Below, in pieces: positions 26,234-36,700 of a stretch of DNA of 64,000 nt; positions within the stretch are counted from its first letter, which is position 1; each line of letters starts with the position of its first letter. Made by a program: the position numbers and the translations under genes. The notes below the pieces were generated by a model that was not told the DNA's origin, did no database searches, and worked only from the letters and a program-made list of their open reading frames with translations. The stretch is taken from assembly GCF_000315625.1 (NCBI RefSeq), contig NW_005434648.1, positions 410,974 to 474,973 on the forward strand. Reading direction: 5' to 3'. The stretch is from Guillardia theta CCMP2712 (lineage: Eukaryota; Protista; Cryptophyta).

Positions 26234-29200
26234 TCACTTGGGTGGAACGCGTTGAATCTTCTTCGCAGTTCTGCATCATTGCAACCAAAACCTGTTGAAC
26301 ATCAGACTTCCTTCTTGTCTGTTGAATTCGATCTCACCATCTCGATCACATCAAAAAGATTCTTCACTTCATTCTTGATTGTATTTTCTGCGATGGCGTC
26401 GTTCAAGGTCAAAAATCTTACCACTTGTCTCACCTTCAGTGACAGTCTTGGGTTGATCCACAGCATTGAACTGGTTCTTCACAAGTCAGACCAACACGAG
26501 AGCGAGTGCAGGCGCTACCGTGAAGTCTTGCAGCAGAAGCAGGTCATTCTTACCATCTCTCTTCAGCCCTCGCATCTGTTCGTTCACGGAAGAAAACTCT
26601 CGCGTGAGTTTCCTGATGTTTCCTTGAAGATCCGCACTCGAGCACAAGACGGCTGAATCGAGCTTATCGATGGGGTGAAACAAGTCCGTCACAGTCTGAA
26701 TGATCCTCCTCAGCTTGGACAAGACCCTTGCCGCCTCCTCCTCGCTCGTTTGCCCCTCAACCTTGGCCTCTGGCTTCTTTGCCGGCACAGCTGGGAGCCT
26801 CTTGGAGGAGGCGAGAGCGCGAACTTGAGCCTCGTGCTCTTTGCAGACGACAATCCCATCGAAGATCGGGAGGATGCGACCCGACCTCACGACCTTGTCC
26901 ACCAGCGCAGGAGCATGGTCCACCTGCTTGCCGACCCCGTCACTTGTGCTCGGGCCGCCGTCCCACCTCCTCCCCGACCTTCAAGCGCCGAGCAGCCAGA
27001 GCAGCTGTCGGAAGGTCGATGTAGCTGCAGCCCTGCGGGAGGTGGTGAGGAGACAGCAGCTCGACGTGCCCTTTCTCGTTCTTGGGCACTTTGCCATCCC
27101 GAGCCCTTCCCGGCTGCTCAGCAAGGTCAACGGATCTCTCGAGGAAAGAGACTGAGCTACCTCAAACGGCTCCACCTGCCACTCCCCGAAGAGCTCGCAG
27201 GCAGAGAGTCGATGGAGCTGCGCCAGGGGCGTCTCCCCCCCTTGGGTCTGTCGCAACATGCTGTTGTGAAGGTCTTCCAGCATCTGATCGCCATGTTGTC
27301 AACCTGCCGTTGCGTCCTCTCCTCCCCTACCTTGACTGGAGCTTCGCCTTCCCGCACGCTGTAGAGGATCTTCTTCCACTCGTCCCTCGTCCTCAACGTC
27401 GAAACGTCTTCCCTCCTGTAGATCTTCTTCATCGCATCCTTCACTGCGATCGTTCCTATCGGTGCCGGCCTCTTTCCTGGCCGGAATACCTACAGCAGTG
27501 TCAATGTCCTGCTGCAGCAGCTGCAGCAGCTGCTTCCTATCCCCTTTCTGGTCCTACTCCCTCCTCCTCTTCGTCATTCGATCTTCCTGTTCTTCCTCTG
27601 CTCACCTCATTCTCAGCCAAACCGTCTTCAAGCACAAAGTAAGGATGCTTGCGATAGGCATCCGGGTTGGTTGGAAGCTCCTCCTGCCTTCCTGCCTCTT
27701 GCCGTCATCTTGTCGCTCCTTCCGAGCAGGAGCAAGACCTTGCTGCACGAACTCATGCTCCTCGAGTAACTGGCTGACGTCGTGCTCCTGCGATGAGCTT
27801 CGAGGAGTCAGATGCGACAAGTGTGAGGAGGAGATTCGACCTGCTCCGCATCATGTCAAGTACATCCCTAGCGATCGCCTCTCCTCTCCCCCGGGCGGCG
27901 TTGACTTGCGAGAACCTCCGCACGTACCTCCTGGTCACGTCAACGAGCCGCTGCCTCTCCACAGCAAAGACGTAAGAGACGGGGGCCTGGGAGGAGCGAT
28001 GGAGCTCCCCGTCCATGGCGTCCGGCGAGTTGATGGCGCCGGTAAGGGGGTCGCAGTGGATCCATCTCATGTCCGGGAGCAAGACTTCGTTCCAGCATCT
28101 GTGCGCTCCTGCTGGGTCGCTGCTGGACTCGGGCTGGAGCGGGTGGAGGCAGAAGACGAGGCGGCACCTGAGGCCGACTCGTCTGGAGGAGGAGCATGTC
28201 AGCGAAGCGAGGGAGGAGGACCGCGCGATCGACCTGCAATGTGCAGCGAACAGGACGGGGAGGAAGGAGGGGTCTGGGTGGTTCAACAAAGTCACTCTAC
28301 AGCGGGTTAGGGAAGTAGTCCACCTCCTCTCAAGTTGGGGATCTCTTCCTCCAGCTGCTTCCTTGCCTCCTGCTTCATCTCCCTCCAGCAGCAAGCTAGG
28401 AACGACTTCCTCCTCGACTTGTCCATTCCTGTCTTCAGCCACTCCTGATGGACCTGGCACAGAGAAGAGTTCCGCGCTGGAGGCCCCATAGAGACTGAGG
28501 GACCCGCCGCGTGTTCCCTATGAAGGCTGCTAGCACGCCTCTCCGCATCGTTCCTCAGGTGGGAGATGTAGCGGGAAAGAGAAAGTTCGAAGCTCTCGGG
28601 CTGGAACGTCAAGTTCTGTAGGGCCTCGACGTCAAGCGCGTCCACTAGTTCATCACATGCCAGCAGGTGCGAGCACAAGTTGGCGAGTTCGCACATGTAC
28701 CTGACCATAGAAGGTTCAGTGGAGGAGGAGGAGGAGGAGTTGGTGGTGGAGCAGAGCAGGAGGAGGAGGAGGAGGGTGATGATGATGGTGATGGTGATGA
28801 TGGTGATCATGATCATAATGATGATGGTGAGGATGATGATGATGAGAGGACGAGGACGAGGAGGAGGAGGAGGAGGAGGACGAGGACGAGGACGAGGAGG
28901 AGGAGCAGGAGGAGGAGAGATAATGAGGAAGAAAAGGATGAGAAGGGGGAGGGGAGAAAGAAACCTCTGAGCATTGAGGACGTTTGCGAACCAAGAGCGA
29001 TCAAGGGCACGGGACGGGAACTCGTCTCCTTGCAGAGCCTCTCCGTGCCCTCCTACAACGACGGGGTTGACTTGAGCCACCAGCATCGACGTGGCCCTGC
29101 CTCCACCCTCTCACTGCTTATCCTATCCTCCTTCAGACAAGTTACCTTCGTTTCTGAGGGACCTCGGTGCACTCCTTCCCCTCCTCCACCAGCGGGAACT

Positions 29201-29322
29201 CTTCCCTCGTGACATTCACAGCCTCGCCGAAGTTTTCTTTCGCACATTTCTCACAGATCTGTGGGATCCTGCCAACGGGGCGCTATGAGCATGCGAACGA
29301 GACAAGGAGGTGATGCTGGTAC

Positions 29323-29379
<57 letters not shown>

Positions 29380-29667
29380 GAGCAGGTGTGGAGCAGGTGG
29401 AGCAAGAGTAGGAGGGGTAGCGCAAGAGACTTGGCGTGGGTCCAGAGGGAGGATCGTGTGTGGGGTTCACCTGTTTGAGATGATTTGCTTCAAGGAGACG
29501 ACTCTCCCTGCACAGCTCGCCTTGTGTTGACAGCAGAACTGAGGGGATCCTCTTGCGACCTTGCTCGCCCTCCTGTCTTGGCCAGCAGCTTGGTGCACAT
29601 GGGCTCGTTCAATGCAGACAAAGAGCAGCAGGGCATGTACAAGCCCGACTCTCATTCGCCGCGGCAT
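26234..29667 (-). CDS. XPC/Rad4-like DNA damage recognition protein (transglutaminase-like + BHD1-3), multi-exon, with signal-peptide-like N-terminus
   Basis: CWNEVLLPDMRWIHCDP...SYVFAV..LVDVTRRY (Rad4 TG fold); IYRREDVSTLRTRDEWKK; ELFGEWQVEPF (BHD2); DHAPAL...RILPIFDGIVVCKEH (BHD3). Confidence 0.8.
28720..28930. repeat. Compound GAG/GAT/GAC trinucleotide low-complexity tract (intronic)
   Basis: Runs of gga, gat and gac inside the XPC-like gene. Confidence 0.85.
29323..29376. repeat. (AGCAGG)9 microsatellite, intronic
   Basis: Perfect hexamer repeat. Confidence 0.9.
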
Positions 29668-30238
29668 GGCGCTGGAAGTTCCTGCTCGATCGCTGACCCC
29701 TCTCTCATCTCCAACTCCTCTCTTCTACCTCCATGTTCCTCCATGCACCCTCCCCTCCCCCCTCCCCTCCCCCCTCCCTCCTCCCTCACGCTCATTTTCG
29801 TTTCCGTAAACCCTCCAGCAAACCTTGTAATTTCAGTGTGGTTGTACCCTCGCTCAGCTCCTGCCGCGCTACCCCTATCCCCAGATCGCTACCGCTTCCT
29901 CCCAGACCTTCGCTTCTGCTTCCTCTCCACTACCTCGAAGTTAGACAGAAGATTTTGAGCTCTCAGATACCAATACAGCGCACACTCCGAGACAAGTGGT
30001 AGGTAGACCGACATCACTCACTAACATGTTTCCAAAGATCAATGAAATCATAATACTGGATACAAGCAAACTGCACAAGACGGCTGTCCACTTGCTCCAT
30101 AGAGGCAGCAGACATACAAGATTCGCCTCTCCTTCGATCGGTTTATTCACTCGAAGAAATCAGCATCCCCCGCTCGGACATGATAATCTATTTCTTGTAA
30201 TAATTTACTTAGGGCAAGATCCTGCACCACAAGTCAGA

Positions 30239-31535
30239 TCACAGACTGCCAGCTGTTGGCACTGTGACAGGAGGAGGAGGAGGAGGGCGAGAGAAGCGAA
30301 CAGGAGGAGAGAGAAGAGTGTGCGAAAGAAACCCAGCAGGGTGGCAGGGTGCTCTCGAACAGAGCAGGAGGGAGCATCTCACCATCTTGGCAGTAGATCT
30401 GGAAATCGCTGAGGATAGAGGCAGCAAGGTTGGTGTTGGCAGGGATGGCCTTGGCCTTGACGGAGACGCACATGGCATCGTCCTCAGTTCCGACCTTGGC
30501 GCCAGTGTACTCGGCGCGGGGCGGAGGCAGCCACGCTCGTCGTGGACCTGGATCTGCAGAGGCGTCACGAAGATGACAAACTCCTTCACATCGCATAAGC
30601 CACGGACAGGGTGATGTCACTGAATTAAAAAAGACCGATCGACAACACACGTGTCAACTACAAAATCACCTCAAGCACATGCTATCATATGAAACAAGAT
30701 ACAGCAGGACACAGATGACAACATCATGAAGAGGTGGGAGACAGAAGCTACACCAAGAGAAGAGGTATCCGCGGCAAACTTACCACAGGAGCAATGTTGA
30801 GGAGCTGGCCCTTGCGGTAGCTCTGGTAGGACTGGGGGGCAAGGAAGCCCTTCTCAGCTCCGGCAGTGTCACGAGCCTCAGCGAACTTGGGGGCAGTGAG
30901 GGCAGCAGCTCCAGCGATGGCAGCTCCTCCGAGGACGCTGCGGCGGGACACGTCAGACTCCGCAACCATGGAGACGGAGGTGGCGCGGGCCTGGCATTAA
31001 CGTCAGCACAAAGCCACCAGCGTGAGTTGATCGCACGCACAAGTTCAAGACAACACAAGGACGATTTGAGGGAAAGACATAGATAGCAATTGATGCACAT
31101 GATCATCAGTGAAAGTCATGTGGACATGGTCACAGAATCAGAAGAGAGATCTGACAGCCAAATGCGACACGAGGGATCAAAATGAAGCCAGTAAGACCAC
31201 GTCTTAACAAATTGATGCGTGGATGCCATGAATGGCCTTCCAAACATTCTTTTCAAGTAACCAACAAGAAAACATTAAATTGAGAAAATAAACAACAAAG
31301 AATGATCAAGTCATCTATGGGAAGAAGGGAAGAAAAACGAGCCAGATCTTGAGCAGCCCTTGGTGAAAATGGCAGCTCTGGTGACAGCAAGGGGTACAAA
31401 CACAAGAGATCCAGCCGTCTAAGTCAAGGCAAACAAAGATCATACCGCTGGGGCGCGGAGAGGGAGGGCTGGGCCAGCAGAGAAGGCGGAAGCAGCGGCG
31501 ACAGAGGCGGCAGCGAGCGTGAGCTTGGCGAGCAT
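30239..31535 (-). CDS. cpeA: Cryptophyte phycobiliprotein (phycoerythrin) alpha subunit with tripartite leader; exons 31535-31446, 30990-30784, 30553-30383, ~30261-30239; 1-nt frameshift at ~30520 in this assembly
   Basis: Signal MLAKLTLAAASVAAASA-F; transit peptide; twin-Arg lumen signal SRRSVLGGAAIAGAAALTAPKFAEA; mature APV|IQVHDERGC...EYTGAKVGTEDDAMCVSV matches the family motif AP.I..FD.RGC....EYTG..G..DDEM.V.V. Confidence 0.9.
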
Positions 31536-31559
31536 GGCGTTCGGGGGGCGAGTGACTTT

Positions 31560-32230
31560 CTGACAGGTTTCAATGGGCTCTAATAGGGGGGTGGGGTAGC
31601 AACAAACCATGGGGTAGGGTAATCACCCCACCCCCAAGACGGTACAAAGTGTGAGATCAGACGGGTATAGTGATGTGTCATTGACTAAATATATAGTACG
31701 AGGAAATCGATAGTACGGGTTTAGGGGTCGGGGGTAGTGGGAAATTAGGTGGTAGGGTAAGCCCAAAAGAGGGGTAGGGGTGAGAAAACTTGAGGATTTT
31801 GAAACTTCGCTGCGGTGGGCAAATCGAAAGTTCAAACCAACCTTGAAAGTTCTTACTGAAAGTTTTCGAACTTCCGACTCAGTTCAAGTTCCAAGTTCCG
31901 CCGACTCGGTCACTGTACGGTCACCGTTCCGATCCGGCGCCGCGCCGGCACTGCAGCCGGGCCCGGCGTGTCGGAGCCTGAGCCACTGAGTGCTGCGAAC
32001 TGGCACCGACGGTTGTGTACCGTACTGTGTTACCCGCCGAGGCTGCCGGGGCCGCCGGCTGCCGCGGAATTGAGTCAGACTGATGTTGAACTCAGTGGAA
32101 ATCAGTATTTACAAGTGAAAGTCACAAGGGATAGAACTACAGCCCACTACGCTTCAGTTCGTCAGAGAGGGGCAAACTATTCGGGAGTCTAGCTTCCGAA
32201 GTTCAAGGGATTCGAGCTGACAACAGTCTC
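31560..32230. promoter_or_regulatory. Intergenic module upstream of cpeA: GGGGT block, AAGTT/TTCAAG block, CCGG palindrome block
   Basis: G-run block 31585-31785; aagtt repeats 31790-31900; CGGTCAC twice (31907, 31918); palindrome gccgggcccggc 31956-31967. Confidence 0.45.
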
Positions 32231-32252
32231 AAGTTTCCGACACTGCATAACT

Positions 32253-33261
32253 TCATGTGGCCGCCGCATTCAGGTACTCATGAGACGCGTTTCTGTGGAG
32301 GGAGCAGAACTTGCGTATTCTATCTGAGAGAGAAGGGATCATCAGAGACAGATAAGAGATAAAGCCCCTTATCACCTTCTGGAGAGCCATAGATTGCCCT
32401 TCGGGTGCAGCGAAATGACTGGAAAAGTCCGTCCTGGCTGCCCCAGGAAGAGAAGTGACCTTCGCAGATTCGATTGTGGAGGTCGAAATCGATGCTACTC
32501 CTGTGATTGGCGCACCATCGTCTCGACTTATCAGCCATGTTTCCATAATGCGCCACCTGGGATATCACGCATGAGTACTGCACGGGATCTTGTGGATGAA
32601 TTGTAGGTCACCTTGCTGCAGCCCTCGTGATCACAGATCCTGAGGCCAAATGTAGAGTTGGTGCCCGAAAGCTTGTGGAACCTGCAGAACCAAAGTCGCG
32701 ATCCTGGGATGGAGTAGGACGCTCGTTTCCGACAACCTCCAAACTTGCACATCCTGTTCTTCACATCCACAAAATCTGCAATGCAAATCAGCATCCATTA
32801 CGAAATCTTGCGCCAGCACCATCTGGCTTGTGATCCTTGCAGAACATGTTTTGATCGGTCATTGACAGTTCTAGACTCGACCTCTCCTGACCAAAAGTAG
32901 CATACTTCAAGCATCCCTTGAATGAACAGATTTTCTTCTTGTTCGAAAGGTCCCTGTGATCCGGGCACCTATGCATCTTGCAGAATCGGGTATCGTTGTC
33001 GAGAAAGCCGTACACCACTCTGGTAGAAGCTTCATCGCACCCTTCAGGGTGTGCGCATTTTCTCCCCAATCTTGTTCTTGACTTCATGGGTTGCCCCAAC
33101 GACTTGTTGTGTGAAAGCAAGTGCGGCTGAGTTGAGACGCTTGCGGGCAAGGGAGGGGCAACGCTTCCATCTGCATCAAACTGATATTGCGAGCTTGCAG
33201 TGGGATGATCGAAGAGGAGGAGGCTGCATAGCAACAGCGGCAGCCGACAGCATGCATGCAT
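32253..33261 (-). CDS. EsV-1-7 cysteine-rich repeat protein with signal peptide, multi-exon
   Basis: Repeats CAHPEGC...YG...FCKMH, CSFKGCLKYATFG...FCKDHK, DVKNRMCKFGGCRKRASY...FCRFHK, ICDHEGCSK; N-terminus MHACCRLPLLLCSLLLF. Confidence 0.8.
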
Positions 33262-33299
33262 CAGCCATGCGACCGTTCCATTTCCATTATCATTGTTTA

Positions 33300-33342
33300 T
33301 GATTGTCCTCGTACTGATTTTTAACTTAAATTTGAGTAAAGA
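33300..33342 (-). repeat. Conserved ~42-bp motif, copy 1
   Basis: Minus strand reads TCTTTACTCAAATTTAAGTTAAAAATCAGTACGAGGACAATCA; near-identical to 61865-61906. Confidence 0.85.
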
Positions 33343-33727
33343 AGTGTTTATCACTTGCACAGGCTCCTTGATAGCGCCGGACTCCGGGAGTCCGGGCCGA
33401 ACCCCCCGGCCCCGGGCCCGCCGGTGACCCGGACTCCGGTCCGACACTTGAGTCACCGACCTCACCGACCTAGTTTTGGAAAAAAAATTAGCCGGGTGAG
33501 TTAACTTTGACAAGGGGGTAGTAGGGCAGGTAGTAACCGGTGGAGCGAACTAAAAACCCTTACAGAAAGTTAACTGAGGGCAGAGAGGCGCCGAGATGGA
33601 GGGATGCCGGACGGTGATCATGGTGTAATCAGGAAGCAACCAGCGAGGATGGGGAGTTTCACGGAAGATGTAAGAAGAAAGACAAGGATTCCTGATATCT
33701 CATTGTTCGGTTCAGCATAACTGGTGT

Positions 33728-36700
33728 ATGGCCCTTCCTTCCGGGGGGTTGATCGCTGCGGTTAGGAACAGACGGCGAAGGGAAGAAATCGATGAATGGC
33801 AAGATGAGCCCTTGCTGGTAGAGGACAAGAGGGTCTTCCGAGAACGAGTTCTGGCCATCCAAGATGTCCTTGAAGATATCGAGTCGAAAATCCTTTTCAA
33901 CCCCTCTGAAAAGGATCCTGAGACATCAAAAGAGTTCATGGTGGATGGTTTGATAGAGATGGCAGAAGCGAAAATCAACAGGTCAGACTCATACAAGAAG
34001 TTGATGGGCACGACGACGTTCTTCATCTTGTACATCGTGCTGTTGTTCATGCAGCGAGACTACGAAGCCTGCTACGCGATTGAGAGCTCGGTCATGAACC
34101 TGATTGTTGGTAAGCTGCCAACAACAGGATCAGGTGGGTACACGAACTCGGGTGTTGGTGCCAACGGCTTTCTCAGCAACGTGGACGAATTTTACACCTG
34201 GTTGAACGACGCTCTGATCAAACAAGTGTTCAACGATCCTGTCTGTGGGGACGGCAAGTGTGATAGTCCGGATGAATACCCTGGGTTTGGTCGGTTTGGC
34301 TGCATCATCGACTGTGGGAATTACTTGAATGTGACATCGCTCTCTATCAACCTGGAAGACGTGGTGCAAACAAGTGCCAAGAGCCTCAACTGGGATCTTT
34401 CGACTCAGAGCATGATTCAGGATGCGAGGAAGGGCGGGTTCAAGTACAACATCTACAGTCAGACCATGGGAAACTTCTTGTTCGAGACCGATAGAAATGA
34501 TTCGAAGCTTGTCGTGGACGTGCCTGACGGCAAGTTCAACCTTGTGCTTTATCAGACGGTCAAGACCAGCGAGCTTGTGGACAACACAGCTCTTAAAGAC
34601 CTTGGGATTGTTCCGAGGTGTTGAACGGAATTGATGTGTGTTTCTTGATGAGTTTGACTGATGCTTGTTTTGCTTTCAGCACAGTCCCAAAGCGGAACAG
34701 TTCGAACGATTTCTCTTATGGCGACAAGAAGGAGTTCATCACTGCATCATATTTGTTGCTATCAGGAATCATAGATTACTGCTTCTCTTCAGAGGCCATG
34801 TTCCTGGATCCGAAGTGTTCAAACCTAAACATTCCAGGTATTCTTTCGAATGATCTTCACTTCGACGACGATGACTGATCTTTGCTGTCCTGTTTGAAGA
34901 TGTGCTTTTCCGAGTCATGGCAAGCTATGGCTTGAATGGGAGTATTACGAGCAAGACATCTACAAACTCTTTCGACACAGTTGCTGAGGTAATCGTTGAG
35001 TCGGAAGGTCAAACTCACCTTGACGCTCCTTCCAGGTTTTGTTCTGCATGTCGGTCCCCAACAGAACAGGAGGGATCGACTCTGCTGAAAACATGGCCTT
35101 CTTCGGACAGGCTGAAACAACCTGCCCTGCGAAGGTATCAAGGAGAGCCAGACAACAACAGGTTGTCCTGTGGGAGCATCACTCCGAGCAAGCAGAGAAG
35201 ATGAGAAGAAAGTACGAGGGCTCGATGACTTCCGCACATTCGAGGCAGAAGGATGTCGGGCTGAAGGAGCTCTCCCCAACGGTGAAGTCACGCTTTCCGA
35301 CGCTGCAGTCACGCAGCAAGTCACTACGAGCTTTCCGACCGAAGCAGAGGCAGACGAAGAGACAAGTAGCGCTCAGGAGCTCAAGCTGCACTGAGATTGC
35401 TGATCAGGACGCTGGATATGTTTACAGCATAGGGAGCCAAGGGACTGAGGCCTGCTACATCGTGTCGCTTGCCAACTATCAGAACAACCTCACCTTCACC
35501 GCCGGCGTCGTCAACCTGGGTCCGCCCTCATCCTCTACCTGCTCCTACGGCATCACGGCCTGTGCCTGCACTGACGACGCCTGCAGCACAGAGTGCTCGT
35601 CCTCTCACGTGACCGTCTGCAACGGTGCCCGGCCGGGAGAGCCGACGCCTACGATCTCCATCCCTTCGTGGCGAGCTCGCGTGCAAGTCATCCTCCCTGA
35701 CTCGCTCGCTTCCATCTGCGCGACTTGGGGGGGCCAGGCGTGTCCGACGAGACCAACAGCAGCGACGGTGAAGCTGGTCGACCAGACTGTGACAACCTCC
35801 TGCGACGGAGAGAACTTCTTCGTGGACTTTGAGATCAAGTCCACTACCACCAGCGCCAAGATCGCCTACGTAGTCACGCTGTGCGACAGTCAGAACGTCT
35901 GCCTGATGCAGCCAAGTTGCACTACCGGGCCCTTCTACTCCAACCCGACGTACGCGAATGTGTTCCTTGAGACCGCCGATGTCGAAGGTACCGATGTCTC
36001 CGTCCTCGCCATCGCCTGCTCGGGGACTCTGCCGAGTGCCATGGGCACTCCCTTCCATATCTGCGTCTTCCCTCCTCCCTTTCTCTCCGCGACCTTCCGC
36101 GTGGTGGAGCTCAACAACCAGACCTTTGACGCGAGCGCGAGCTTCACTTGGCTCCAGTCTGCTCTCTCGACGGCTCTCAACGAGGACAAGAGCAGGATAG
36201 CCCTCGGCTCGGCTGTCTTGTCCCAGTCGGCTAACGCCTCTAGCCTCTCCGTCGCTGACGTCACGGTCAAAGTCTTCACGTCCTCCAACCTTGAGGTGGT
36301 GGTGGTCGACACGAGCTTCAAGGCCGCGCTCGCTTCCCTCCTCACCGGCTACCCCGCTGCCTTCCCTCACACCAGCCTCTCCCTGCGGTCCTCCTCCATC
36401 TCCTCTCAGCTGCAGACGTCTGGCTTCTACGAGGCTTGTGTGACCCACTACGACTGTCCGGACTCAGCCTTCTGCTACCGAGTCCCTGATGCCGGGTATG
36501 ACTTTGGAGTTTGTCTCGAGTGCTCGTTCTGCATCGTAGACAGCAGGGACTCTTACACCGGTCACTGCCCGCAAGACAAGTGCCCTGGGTCAGGAGGCTA
36601 CCCGGAGTGCATCGACGCCAGCAAGATCTTGTCCTACTTGGACACGAACTGCAAGGACAACCACGAGTTCGAGGTCTGGAAGTTCAACGCCCGTGGCAAG

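Noticed and set aside
27753-28460. Peptide:N-glycanase assignment for the transglutaminase-like exon
   Set aside because: Downstream BHD1-3 motifs point to XPC/Rad4
31585-31785. Telomere-like G-rich repeats
   Set aside because: No regular tandem unit; treated as part of the intergenic module
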